NCBI GenBank assembly: GCA_965197475.1
Contig: CBDANF010000003.1
Coordinates: 320,001 to 384,000, forward strand
Reading direction: 5' to 3'
From: Candidatus Poribacteria bacterium
GTDB lineage: Bacteria; Poribacteria; WGA-4E; WGA-3G
DNA length: 64,000 nt
The notes under the pieces were generated by a model. That model was not told where the DNA came from, did no database searches, and saw nothing but the letters and a program-made list of their open reading frames with translations. This document shows positions 1 to 8,964 of this stretch, piece after piece. Both the position numbers and the translations under genes were made by a program. Positions within the stretch are counted from its first letter, which is position 1. Each line of letters opens with the position of its first letter.

Positions 1-51
1 TTAATTTCCGAAATGCACATGACAGTGCAATTTTCAAGGAGGATTAAAACA

Positions 52-798
52 ATGCGTAAACAATTAGAGATAATTCTTACCGCTCTGTTTCCTATAATGG
101 TTTTGGCAATAGGTTATTTTGTTGTTTCTTCAAAAGTTCAAGTGCAGGCTAATCAGACAACATTCTATCCCGCAGAAGCAGGTCCTTATTATGATGATCC
201 TGGTGTAGACGGAACGTATTTCGGCGTTGAAATTAATTCTGACGACTTGTGCGATGTGCAAAATGGCTTTAACATTGCAAGTACAACGGAAGCTGCCAGT
301 ATCCGTCGTATCCGTGCCGCAAATGGCAATCTTGGAATTCGTTGGAGTCGAACACAGGATTGGCGTTTTGGTGATGTTACGCCTTGGGGTGGTGACTCTG
401 CCTACATAATTTATACTGATGATATGGGATGGGGTGAGGTATACGACCCTGAGAAAACAGGCATAACTGGTTTTCCTTGGGAAGGAAGCGAAAGCCATGA
501 TCGATATGTCTATGAAGGTAAACAATATATATTTACTTTTGCCGTAGTAACAGGATATGAGCGTTTAACACATAATAATATAAAGTATGTCTGTCCAAGG
601 TACTATAAATCTGTTTATAATATTATATATTCTTGTAGTGCTAAAGCGACCCATTGGGCCGATGGCACATTTAGGGAAGTTCGCAAACACCAATTTGGTC
701 CTATAGAACTTCGTATTCCTGGAGACAGTAGTTCAGCGGCTCGACTTGTAGACGAAGATGGCTTTCGTGAATGGTTCCCTTGCATAGAGTTAGACTAA
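52..798 (+). CDS. Exported or membrane-anchored hypothetical protein with 4 conserved Cys (family A, copy 1)
   Basis: AGGAGG at 37-42 precedes ATG 52. N-terminal hydrophobic segment. Shares AGPYY-PG-DG-YFG-EI, TPWGG, TGFPW-G, CP and C-terminal W-x-x-C motifs with 1068..1769 and 12759..13502. Confidence 0.85.
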   Translation: MRKQLEIILTALFPIMVLAIGYFVVSSKVQVQANQTTFYPAEAGPYYDDPGVDGTYFGVEINSDDLCDVQNGFNIASTTEAASIRRIRAANGNLGIRWSRTQDWRFGDVTPWGGDSAYIIYTDDMGWGEVYDPEKTGITGFPWEGSESHDRYVYEGKQYIFTFAVVTGYERLTHNNIKYVCPRYYKSVYNIIYSCSAKATHWADGTFREVRKHQFGPIELRIPGDSSSAARLVDEDGFREWFPCIELD

Positions 799-1067
799 TG
801 CATCTCAAAGTCATCAGATTCCGATGTTTATCAGTGTTTACTTGTTATTTGTTCCTGAAAATACTCGTTGAGAGTAGATAAGATGTGTCTTTGTCCAGAT
901 ATTTCAAGTCGTATTTGATGAATTATTTTACGTATCAAACGACTTGGATGTTGTATCAAGAGATAAATTAATAGTTTATGCCTAAGTTTGCAGAGACACC
1001 ATGTCGTTTCTCCAAACTTATTGATGATAACTTCAAAATTGTGCAAATTATCACGGAGGATAAAAAA

Positions 1068-1769
1068 ATGCGTAAACAATTAGAGATAATTCTTACCGCT
1101 CTGTTTCCTGTAATGGTTTTGGCAGTAGGTTTTTTTGTCGTTTCTTCAAAAGCAGAATTGCGTAATAATGAAACAGCCATTCCTGAAGAGGCAGGTCCTT
1201 TTTATAGATACCCTGGTGTAGATGGAGAATATTTCGGAGCTGAAATTTATTTTAACGTTATGTGCGATGTTTTTAATGGCTTTGAAATTGTCTCGGCATT
1301 TGAAAATGCCACTGTCTCTGCTTCGGATATCGCTGGTGCAGTTAGTTGGGATAAAGTGCAGAATTGGAGATTTAACGGAGATACGCCGTGGGGCGGTCAC
1401 TTTGCCATAATTAGTGCTGATATAACTATCAGGTGGTCAGAGATCCGTACAGGGTTTCCTTGGAGTGGACACCAGGGCTCTGTGCGAGTCATTGATGATG
1501 GTGAACAAGTTATATACGACAGTGGCACTGTAATAGGATGGGAGCAGTTTACGGACCCAAATGAGGCAAAACACATCTGTCCTATGTCCTACTTTCACAC
1601 GTTGGATAATAAATTATTTTGTGTAGATAAGAGTTTTGAATTGGGCGAAATGATAATAATAGGAGAAGAAGGATTTGGCGATCCAGTGTTAGTTGATCCT
1701 GAAGAAGGTATATATAGTCGGAAGGTAGTAGATATAGGCAGATGGATCGATTGCAAAAAGTTAAATTAA
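1068..1769 (+). CDS. Exported or membrane-anchored hypothetical protein with 4 conserved Cys (family A, copy 2)
   Basis: GGAGGA before ATG 1068. The first ~28 aa (MRKQLEIILTALFP.MVLA.G.FVVSSK) are nearly identical to copy 1; the remainder is diverged but keeps the motifs. Confidence 0.85.
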   Translation: MRKQLEIILTALFPVMVLAVGFFVVSSKAELRNNETAIPEEAGPFYRYPGVDGEYFGAEIYFNVMCDVFNGFEIVSAFENATVSASDIAGAVSWDKVQNWRFNGDTPWGGHFAIISADITIRWSEIRTGFPWSGHQGSVRVIDDGEQVIYDSGTVIGWEQFTDPNEAKHICPMSYFHTLDNKLFCVDKSFELGEMIIIGEEGFGDPVLVDPEEGIYSRKVVDIGRWIDCKKLN

Positions 1770-1836
1770 AAATTGGTCATTGCAGTTACTATAAACTGAT
1801 ATATTTACGCGATTGCACTCCAGTGGAACTAGTGTT

Positions 1837-1903
1837 CTGTCCATTCTAATCTTGTAGGTCGGGTTTCGTGCCTCAACCCGACCTACAAGATTAGAATGGA
1901 CAG
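1837..1903. repeat. Perfect 29-bp inverted repeat with a GTAG REP-like core
   Basis: ctgtccattctaatcttgtaggtcgggtt (1837-1865) and aacccgacctacaagattagaatggacag (1875-1903), 9-nt loop. Outer imperfect pairing extends to about 1816/1917. Confidence 0.9.
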
Positions 1904-1996
1904 TCCACTGTAGAGTGTGATGCCAATCAATAAGTAGCAACTTGTGTTATTTATTTTACAATGTTAAAAGAAGGTTCTAACAGAGAGGTTATCTTT

Positions 1997-2830
1997 ATGC
2001 AGGTTAAAACTATAAAAGCTCTGTGTTGGTTTCTGTATATCTTCACTTTTGCAGTAGACCGGCGAAAGAGCACTATAAAAATTGTTTTTGGAGTTGTTTT
2101 ATTGAGTGCTTTGACAACTGGTAGTGGTTATACTGGAGTCTGGAAAGATGATTTTGATGACATAGCCCTCAATGGTTGGGAACGTATTGTTGAGAAAAAT
2201 CCTTGGTTGGCAGACTGGGAAGTTTCCCCATTTACTATTGGACGCCTTCTTGCAGTAATACAGAAACCAGAACAGGAGCAGGGAACAGCTGCAGATTTTC
2301 TACACTGGAATGTCCACCAATTTCAACTTGACAAGATAACAGTGGTAGGTGATGAAGTCCGTTACACGCCTGTTCCAAATAATCCGCGTGGTGAACTTTG
2401 CTTATTCCTCGGTAAACGACAACCTTCGCCTGACTTCGCAGAAGGTTATATTTTCAGTCCTGAAAAGACAACAAGAATACAGTTTACCGAAAACGGCGTT
2501 TACAAGAAGGGTGAAGTGAAAGAGGATTATGCTCTAATGTTTCGACTAACTTCTGAGCATTTAAAGGTTGTTTTTGAGGCCGGAAAGTTTCAACTCTGGA
2601 CGCAAGACCTTCTAATTACAGAATTTGTTGACGACGATATTCCCATGATTGATGTTGTTGGTTTAATCAGCGTATGTGAACTTTTAGGGAAATGGTTTGA
2701 TGGGACTATCTCAACCTTTTCAATTTCTGGGCAAGGTATCCCTACCAATAATTCTTTTGATGTGCAGTTGGAAAACACGCAATTGACTACAACTTGGGGG
2801 AAGTTGAAAGATCTTAAGCAAGCTCAATAG
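1997..2830 (+). CDS. Secreted hypothetical protein with C-terminal TTW tail (family T, subtype 1)
   Basis: GAGG RBS before ATG 1997. Signal-like N-terminus, WKDDFDD..W mature start, ends TQLTTTWGKLKD. Close paralog of 7264..8091. Confidence 0.85.
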   Translation: MQVKTIKALCWFLYIFTFAVDRRKSTIKIVFGVVLLSALTTGSGYTGVWKDDFDDIALNGWERIVEKNPWLADWEVSPFTIGRLLAVIQKPEQEQGTAADFLHWNVHQFQLDKITVVGDEVRYTPVPNNPRGELCLFLGKRQPSPDFAEGYIFSPEKTTRIQFTENGVYKKGEVKEDYALMFRLTSEHLKVVFEAGKFQLWTQDLLITEFVDDDIPMIDVVGLISVCELLGKWFDGTISTFSISGQGIPTNNSFDVQLENTQLTTTWGKLKDLKQAQ

Positions 2831-2882
2831 CCGCGTAACAGTTCTTATAGACACATCTTTAATTAATAAGGCAGCATATCTG

Positions 2883-5807
2883 ATGGACTTTGCATACATG
2901 CGGAAGCTCAGTAAACATCGGTTCAAACCTTCTATTTTACTTGTTGTGCTTACTATCATGTTAAGCACTTCGCTTTTTCTTTGTGTTTTTATTCGAACAG
3001 CGAATTATCCCCGTCTAGAAGAAACATATCTACTTGGTACTGACTCCTATCGTTTTCTTCGTCAAGCCGATCTGATTGTTTCTCAAGGACATTTGCCAGA
3101 AGTAGATACGCAACGATGGCAATTAGAAGGGAGAGATTTATCTACCTCGCCCACTCTCTTTTCTTATGTTCTTGCTTACGCTTATTGTCTTCTGCACTGG
3201 ATTTTTGCGGACATCAGTCTCTACAAGGTTGCTGTGTCCGCACCTATTGTGTGCTATTCGCTTTGTCTGTTGGCACTCTACGTTCTATGGAAGCATATTT
3301 TTGATACGCCTATCGCTCTTCTCGCTGTCAATTTTACCGCTATTTTCCCATCCTTAAATCTGCATCGTTCCGCCGCTGGTTTTGTGGACAGAGATGCTTT
3401 CGTCCTATTGTTGTGGTTGGTTATGTTCCTGTTCTACTTGAAGGCAGAATCTGGTATCTCTAAAACAGATTCATCTGCTGACATCACCCAGTCTTCCCCT
3501 CTGGTAAAGGGGATAAAGAGGAGTTCCGTATGTAGCAAATGGTCGATTTTCTTTTCTGCAGCGATATCGGGAATTGTCGGCGGATTGATCGCACTTTCTT
3601 GGGAGGGGGTAGGCCTTGCAATATCTATTCTTTCTATCTGGATCGGTGTCCGTGTGCTGCGGGGAGGTTTTTCTCGTCAAAGTGCGTTGGTTTATGTTAT
3701 CTGGTATCTCTGCTTCACCGTCCTTGTTTTCACATTTACGCGTGCCTATCACAACATCTGGGTTCCTTATGCTTTTTTGACAATTGTCATTCCAACTATT
3801 ACCCTTTTCTGTACCCTCACATTTTTTGGAGAGGAGAATTCAAAAACTACCAAAGCAGAAAAACCCGTTTCATTATGGAAACGTTTGCTGGAATTCTCAA
3901 GGTCCAGCAATATCCATAGATGCCTTTTCGGTTGCGTTATCACTACCTTCCTGTTGGCGGGGTTTGCTCTGTTGCAATCACCTGATATTGGTGAAACATT
4001 TCGTCGACTGTTTGACAATTTTGTCTCACCATTGGGGCAAAGCCGCCTTATGCGGACTGTTTCTGAACTTTTTGACTTAAGCGGAATCAGGTTTCTCAGT
4101 AGGTATTCAGTCATAGCTCTGGCGGCAATGGCAGGTTGTGGGGTCCTAGTTTACAATTTCTTTTCAAAAGAACGCGTTATTTTTCGGTTAACTCTAATTG
4201 GTTTTGAAATCGCGCTTGGTGGAACCCTTCTCTCCCTTTTCCTTACAAATTCGGATGTCTCTTTCAATATTTTTGGTTTTTCTTTTTTGATAAGTGGAAT
4301 TATAATAGGAATAGCATATATCCTTCGAACAGGAGATAATCTTGGAAATAATAAATATCTCTTACTGTTAATATGGATGTTTATTGGACTCGCCAGCAGC
4401 CGTGGTGCTGAACGATACCTCTTTTTTATTGATCCTGTGTTTGCTGTCTTCGTAAGTTTGCTGATTTTTACGGTGCTGCGCAGATGTATGAGGGAGCAAA
4501 TTGAAAATGATTCGTCTGATAAGACTGCAGCAAACGGTTCTGCTATCCAAATAGGGCCTGCAGTAAGAAATGTCCACACAGAATTGTGTGTGATAAGTCT
4601 TATCGTGGCTTCTGAACTATATATCGGATATCGTCTATCTGATGTAGATAGTTTCATAAGGTGGATATTTCTTGGCATGTCAATACCTTGTGGACTCTTC
4701 GGAGTTTTGCTGCTATACAAAATTGCGATGCTAAAAATAACCCACCTCCAAAGGTTTGGCTGCCTCGCGATCGTGTTTATTCTCATTCTTTTCACAAGTT
4801 CAGATGTTTTTTCTGTAGGTGGCGTTTTCAACCCCGCACCCTACCCGCTGCATAAAGGATTTGTCCGCGCAAGTACCGAGGCTGTAAGTAAAACAGCAGT
4901 TCCTCGTTCTCCGAAATTACAGAAGCATTTGGCTAATATAGCGGAGTATACCGATGAAGACGCGGTTATTGCCGCGTGGTGGGATTACGGAAGTAAAGTG
5001 AATTGGTTTACGAAACGTGCAACCGTTGTTGACGAGTACCACTACATTCCTTATTGGATATTTTTGACAGCACGACATGTCTTCAGTGGTATATCTTCTA
5101 CTGAAGCACTTGCATTTTTAAAAACACATAATGTAACGCATCTGTTGATAACGACAAACGAACTCCTTAAACTTGATACCGTTACGTATACAGGGTCCGA
5201 TGAAACTTATGACCGTGGTGCAGCTGTTCATTTTCTCATGCCGGGGCGCAGCCGTGAAGTTACGCCCTCCGTACGGCAAACAGACTTTATTCCACATAGT
5301 TATCGAACTGTGGATATGCTGTCGTTAAATGGAAAGGAATACCCACCCGGCAAATGGCTGCTGCGGGGTGTTTCAATTAGATCGGATGGTGATAGTTGGG
5401 AAGCGAAGGTTCATGGTGTAACCAAAGAAGGTGAGTTTTCTCTGCCGCCAGCAGAATTTCGGGTTGGCACATTACACATCAGTCATGAGAAAAAAGGGGT
5501 TCCCGGTTCTGTGGTTGTTTTTCATAACGAAATAGGTGGAAAATTGCAAGCATTCTATCTATCAGAAGGTGCTGCACGCTTACTTTCAGTACGATTATAT
5601 CTATTTTTGGAAGAGATTCCAGGTTTTTCATTGATATATGATACGAATTCTGAAGCGCGGTGTGATCCTGAAGGGTTCAGGCTCTGGAAAATTGATTATC
5701 CCGAAGCAATCCAACCCGATCCGAAATATCGGCAGCACGATTTTCCAAGCACTAAAAAGAAGTTGAAAAAATCTTGGGAACGTGGTAAGTTTTATAGTGT
5801 TCAGTAG
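2883..5807 (+). CDS. STT3/AglB/PglB-like oligosaccharyltransferase
   Basis: Many TM helices. Motifs GTDSY, RSAAGFVDRD (DxD), SWEG, TVSE (TIXE/SVSE-like), ERY, WWDYG (4977-4991) and ELLK (DK-like). Confidence 0.88.
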   Translation: MDFAYMRKLSKHRFKPSILLVVLTIMLSTSLFLCVFIRTANYPRLEETYLLGTDSYRFLRQADLIVSQGHLPEVDTQRWQLEGRDLSTSPTLFSYVLAYAYCLLHWIFADISLYKVAVSAPIVCYSLCLLALYVLWKHIFDTPIALLAVNFTAIFPSLNLHRSAAGFVDRDAFVLLLWLVMFLFYLKAESGISKTDSSADITQSSPLVKGIKRSSVCSKWSIFFSAAISGIVGGLIALSWEGVGLAISILSIWIGVRVLRGGFSRQSALVYVIWYLCFTVLVFTFTRAYHNIWVPYAFLTIVIPTITLFCTLTFFGEENSKTTKAEKPVSLWKRLLEFSRSSNIHRCLFGCVITTFLLAGFALLQSPDIGETFRRLFDNFVSPLGQSRLMRTVSELFDLSGIRFLSRYSVIALAAMAGCGVLVYNFFSKERVIFRLTLIGFEIALGGTLLSLFLTNSDVSFNIFGFSFLISGIIIGIAYILRTGDNLGNNKYLLLLIWMFIGLASSRGAERYLFFIDPVFAVFVSLLIFTVLRRCMREQIENDSSDKTAANGSAIQIGPAVRNVHTELCVISLIVASELYIGYRLSDVDSFIRWIFLGMSIPCGLFGVLLLYKIAMLKITHLQRFGCLAIVFILILFTSSDVFSVGGVFNPAPYPLHKGFVRASTEAVSKTAVPRSPKLQKHLANIAEYTDEDAVIAAWWDYGSKVNWFTKRATVVDEYHYIPYWIFLTARHVFSGISSTEALAFLKTHNVTHLLITTNELLKLDTVTYTGSDETYDRGAAVHFLMPGRSREVTPSVRQTDFIPHSYRTVDMLSLNGKEYPPGKWLLRGVSIRSDGDSWEAKVHGVTKEGEFSLPPAEFRVGTLHISHEKKGVPGSVVVFHNEIGGKLQAFYLSEGAARLLSVRLYLFLEEIPGFSLIYDTNSEARCDPEGFRLWKIDYPEAIQPDPKYRQHDFPSTKKKLKKSWERGKFYSVQ

Positions 5808-5912
5808 CAGTGGATGGATAATCTGTTTCTATAAACGCACATCTAAAAAAATAGAACGCGTCAATATTTCTTGACACAACGATGACATTAGGTAAATTTG
5901 CTTTAATTTTTA

Positions 5913-6104
5913 ACCCAAGTTGCTACCAATTAAAAATTCATCTTAATGTGTTCAATCTTTCGCTCCAGCGGAGCGATATGTTTATAGAAAAAAGTTAGTC
6001 TGTTCTTCCGCTCCAGCGGAGCGGTATGTCCAGTAACTATGAGTAGCACTTTTCTGAATATCCGCACCTATGATGTTTTCCAGGTTATAGGTGGCAACTG
6101 AGGT
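5913..6104. mobile_element. MITE-like element (TIR family ACC(C/T)AAGTTGCTAC) carrying two cgctccagcggagcg palindromes
   Basis: acccaagttgctacc (5913) and ggtggcaactgaggt (6090-6104) are imperfect TIRs. Direct repeat aattttta on both sides (5905-5912, 6105-6112). Palindromes at 5961 and 6009. Confidence 0.7.
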
Positions 6105-6159
6105 AATTTTTAGAAGTTTAGCAACTGCATGCAACAAGGCAAGCAACTGAGGTAATATC

Positions 6160-7257
6160 ATGTCAAAACGTTCCATTATCACAACAATCATCATTCCGGT
6201 TCTGCTGATTTCTGTGCTGGTTATTGTGCTTGTTAATAACCAGCAGGAGTTCCCTGGGGAACTGGTTTTTGCCGAAAACAGAGTCAATTTCGGGACAATC
6301 CCTGAATGGGAGGGGACCGTAACACGTTCAGTGATAGCGAGAAATGAGGGAAGAAGCCCATTGCGAATAGAAAGAATTCGTGCAGGGTGTAGTTATGCAA
6401 AAATTACCGGACCAAGACTGATTCAGCCTAATGAAGAAGGAACGTTCGAAGTTGTGCTTAATCCCAAAATTGTTCCAACTGATGCAAAAGCGGCGACAGC
6501 GATCCTTTTCACAGATAGTCCAAGAACCCCACAAGTTTATCTAACAATTGTTGCTGCATCAAAGCGGTTCGCCACACTGAGTGCTGAAATTTGTGATTTC
6601 GGACAGATAATCCCTGGAACAACACATAAAAAGAAAATAAAACTATGTGTAAACGCACCACTCAATTTAGAGAAAGTCCGACTCATGCCATCAGCGCATC
6701 CAAACCTGACTTGGAAAATGTCTCCAGATCCGAATTCGGAGTGTTTCCTCATCACAATTCAATTGCAGGCACCAAAAATATGGAAACAGGGAGACACAGA
6801 AACCCGACCCTATAATGCTGAAAAACTATTTTCTTCAATACTTACCGTCGCTTTTCCAAATGAGCGAACCTTGGCGTTACCTATTACTGCGAGAATCGTG
6901 CGACCCGTGACGGTGCAACCGAAAACCCTCTCCTATGGAGCAGTGGATAAAGACGCAAACCCATCTGCCGAATTCACACTTTCTGCGAAAAAGGGTTTTA
7001 AGGTACTCAGTATTCAGGTTCCTGACTATTTGCGGGTTGCTGCGCCGGACAATTGGACGCAATCCTTGCACGCCTACAACGCGCACTCACAACAAGAAAA
7101 ACGGTACAAGGTTTTTTGGGAGGTAGCAAATTCACCTGAACTGCTGCGTCAAGAGATCCTGGTCATGACAACAGCAGAAAAGTTACCGATTACTATTCCT
7201 GTCTACGGGTTAATTCGAACCGCAAAAAATGAAACTACCAAACTAACAGAGAGGTAA
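6160..7257 (+). CDS. DUF1573-like Ig-fold membrane-anchored protein
   Basis: N-terminal TM, then FGTI...RNEGRSPLRIERIRAGC matching the DUF1573 N-x-G-x-x-PL-x-I...C pattern. Repeated Ig-like modules (DFGQI, LSYG). Confidence 0.75.
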   Translation: MSKRSIITTIIIPVLLISVLVIVLVNNQQEFPGELVFAENRVNFGTIPEWEGTVTRSVIARNEGRSPLRIERIRAGCSYAKITGPRLIQPNEEGTFEVVLNPKIVPTDAKAATAILFTDSPRTPQVYLTIVAASKRFATLSAEICDFGQIIPGTTHKKKIKLCVNAPLNLEKVRLMPSAHPNLTWKMSPDPNSECFLITIQLQAPKIWKQGDTETRPYNAEKLFSSILTVAFPNERTLALPITARIVRPVTVQPKTLSYGAVDKDANPSAEFTLSAKKGFKVLSIQVPDYLRVAAPDNWTQSLHAYNAHSQQEKRYKVFWEVANSPELLRQEILVMTTAEKLPITIPVYGLIRTAKNETTKLTER

Positions 7258-7263
7258 ATTTTC

Positions 7264-8091
7264 ATGAGAATGAAAACTTTAAAATGCATTCACAGATTCT
7301 ATACGTTTTTACCTATTTTTAGTACTATTATTGATAAAAAAAAGATAATGGTAAAAACCCTTTTTTCTTTAGTCCTGTTATGTGTTCTCTTGTGCGGACA
7401 CAGTTACGCTGAGGTATGGAACGACTCGTTTGATGATGAGGAGCTCAAAGGATGGGAGCGAATTTGGCTGCGAAATCGTGGGGATGCCAAATGGGAAGCT
7501 GTTGATGGATTCCTCTTTGCCAATATTCAGGCAAATGATATCCCTCCAAGATGTCATAAGAACACAGTAGCTTTTCTGCACTGGAAAATCGTCCAATTTA
7601 ACTTTGAGCAGTTAACAATAGTAGGGGAAGAAATAACTTATCCACAGGAAGGAGGAGATGGTATGGGGGAACTCTGCTTGTTTATTGGGAAACGTCAAGA
7701 TGATCCTGATTTAGCAGTCCAAGGTTATATCGTTAGTCCCGAAGAGATTAGTAAAGTTACCATTTCAGAGAAGGAATATAGTAGAGGAAAGACGAAAGCG
7801 TGGTATGGGAACATATTCCAAAACACGACACGCAATCTTACAACTGTTTTTGATTCTGGCCATTTCCAAGTCCGGACTGGCGACGAACTGATAACTGAAT
7901 TCATTGATGAGAACTTAAAAACTATTGATATTGTGGGATTGCTCATTACGTGTCACTTCGGAGGAGAGTGGTTTGGCAGCAGGATATCAAGTATCTCGAT
8001 TTCTGATAAAGCAATAATCAAACCTAATCTTGCTGTACAATTACGAGGGACACAACTCACGACAACTTGGGGAGCGTTGAAGCGATTCTAA
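7264..8091 (+). CDS. Secreted hypothetical protein with C-terminal TTW tail (family T, subtype 1)
   Basis: Signal peptide ending SYA; WNDSFDD..GWERI, FLHW, GELCLF.GKRQ shared with 1997..2830; ends TQLTTTWGALKRF. Start could be 7264, 7270 or 7348. Confidence 0.85.
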   Translation: MRMKTLKCIHRFYTFLPIFSTIIDKKKIMVKTLFSLVLLCVLLCGHSYAEVWNDSFDDEELKGWERIWLRNRGDAKWEAVDGFLFANIQANDIPPRCHKNTVAFLHWKIVQFNFEQLTIVGEEITYPQEGGDGMGELCLFIGKRQDDPDLAVQGYIVSPEEISKVTISEKEYSRGKTKAWYGNIFQNTTRNLTTVFDSGHFQVRTGDELITEFIDENLKTIDIVGLLITCHFGGEWFGSRISSISISDKAIIKPNLAVQLRGTQLTTTWGALKRF

Positions 8092-8130
8092 TCAAAATCA
8101 AAACGTGTGTTTAAGATAAGGAGTTGTAAC

Positions 8131-8916
8131 ATGAAGCATATCATACGCATCTTAATAGGACTTACGTTATTCTTTGTGTCCGGTATTTTTTGTCCATCCG
8201 CTTTTTCACAAGGTTACCATGATGGTTTTGATGTTTTGAGAGAGAAAAACTGGGAACATTGGGGCAAATATGCTATATGGAAAACCGAAGACGGCATATT
8301 AAAGGGATGGATTAACGCACCCGATTTCGGGGATGTGGGGCCTACAATTGAGCTGCTCCAATTCAAGGATTTCAGTGGTGCTTATGAAAACTATGAGACC
8401 GCTAATGGTCAAGAAGTGATTCAAAGACAGATAAAAAATCCGGGATACGAAACCTTCACAATTATCGTCCAAAACATAGGTGAAAAGCGTGCGGATTTTG
8501 GCATAGCGCTCGGGAAGCGGTTTTCCGAACGCCGTGGAGACAGGCCATTTTTCTATCTGTTTCTAACGCATATATCATATTCTGTACGTTTTGATGTCGG
8601 GGGAGGTGTGGCATTTGGCAAGTCTACTGGACGGGAACCTCTTAACCCTGATACTAACTGGAGGACTCAAGAGTTGGAATCCATGGAACTACATTTCAAT
8701 AAAGGACATATTCAGTGGTTCGCGGATGGTGAAAAACGCGCTGATTTTGAAGACCCTGATTTTTCTTCTGTTGAGATTCTCGGATTTGTCGTAATTGGGA
8801 ATGGAGTTGCTGTTGGACATGCATGGGTAGATTCATTCAAGATTTCTGGTCCAGGGTTATCCGTTTCACCACAAGCAAAGTTAGCAACAACGTGGGGACA
8901 ACTCAAGCAGCGTTAG
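8131..8916 (+). CDS. Secreted hypothetical protein with C-terminal TTW tail (family T, subtype 2)
   Basis: AGGAG RBS; signal peptide; FGIALGKRF, MELHF, WVDSF.ISG; ends SVSPQAKLATTWGQLKQR. Confidence 0.85.
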   Translation: MKHIIRILIGLTLFFVSGIFCPSAFSQGYHDGFDVLREKNWEHWGKYAIWKTEDGILKGWINAPDFGDVGPTIELLQFKDFSGAYENYETANGQEVIQRQIKNPGYETFTIIVQNIGEKRADFGIALGKRFSERRGDRPFFYLFLTHISYSVRFDVGGGVAFGKSTGREPLNPDTNWRTQELESMELHFNKGHIQWFADGEKRADFEDPDFSSVEILGFVVIGNGVAVGHAWVDSFKISGPGLSVSPQAKLATTWGQLKQR

Positions 8917-8964
8917 TAGTAATACCAAGTTCATGTCCACACTTAGTGAGAAAAAGCAAACCGT

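Noticed and set aside
798-881. 27-aa ORF coupled (TAATG) to family A copy 1, faintly like family T N-termini
   Set aside because: Too short and the similarity too weak to support; could be a remnant but cannot be shown from the sequence alone.
1816-1917. Possible integron attC site suggesting a cassette array
   Set aside because: No RYYYAAC/GTTRRRY core boxes or extrahelical bases recognised, no similar site after other genes, and no integrase.
4151-4831. 226-aa minus-strand ORF and many other 60-175 aa overlapping ORFs
   Set aside because: They lie antisense or out of frame within well-supported genes and have no family motifs.
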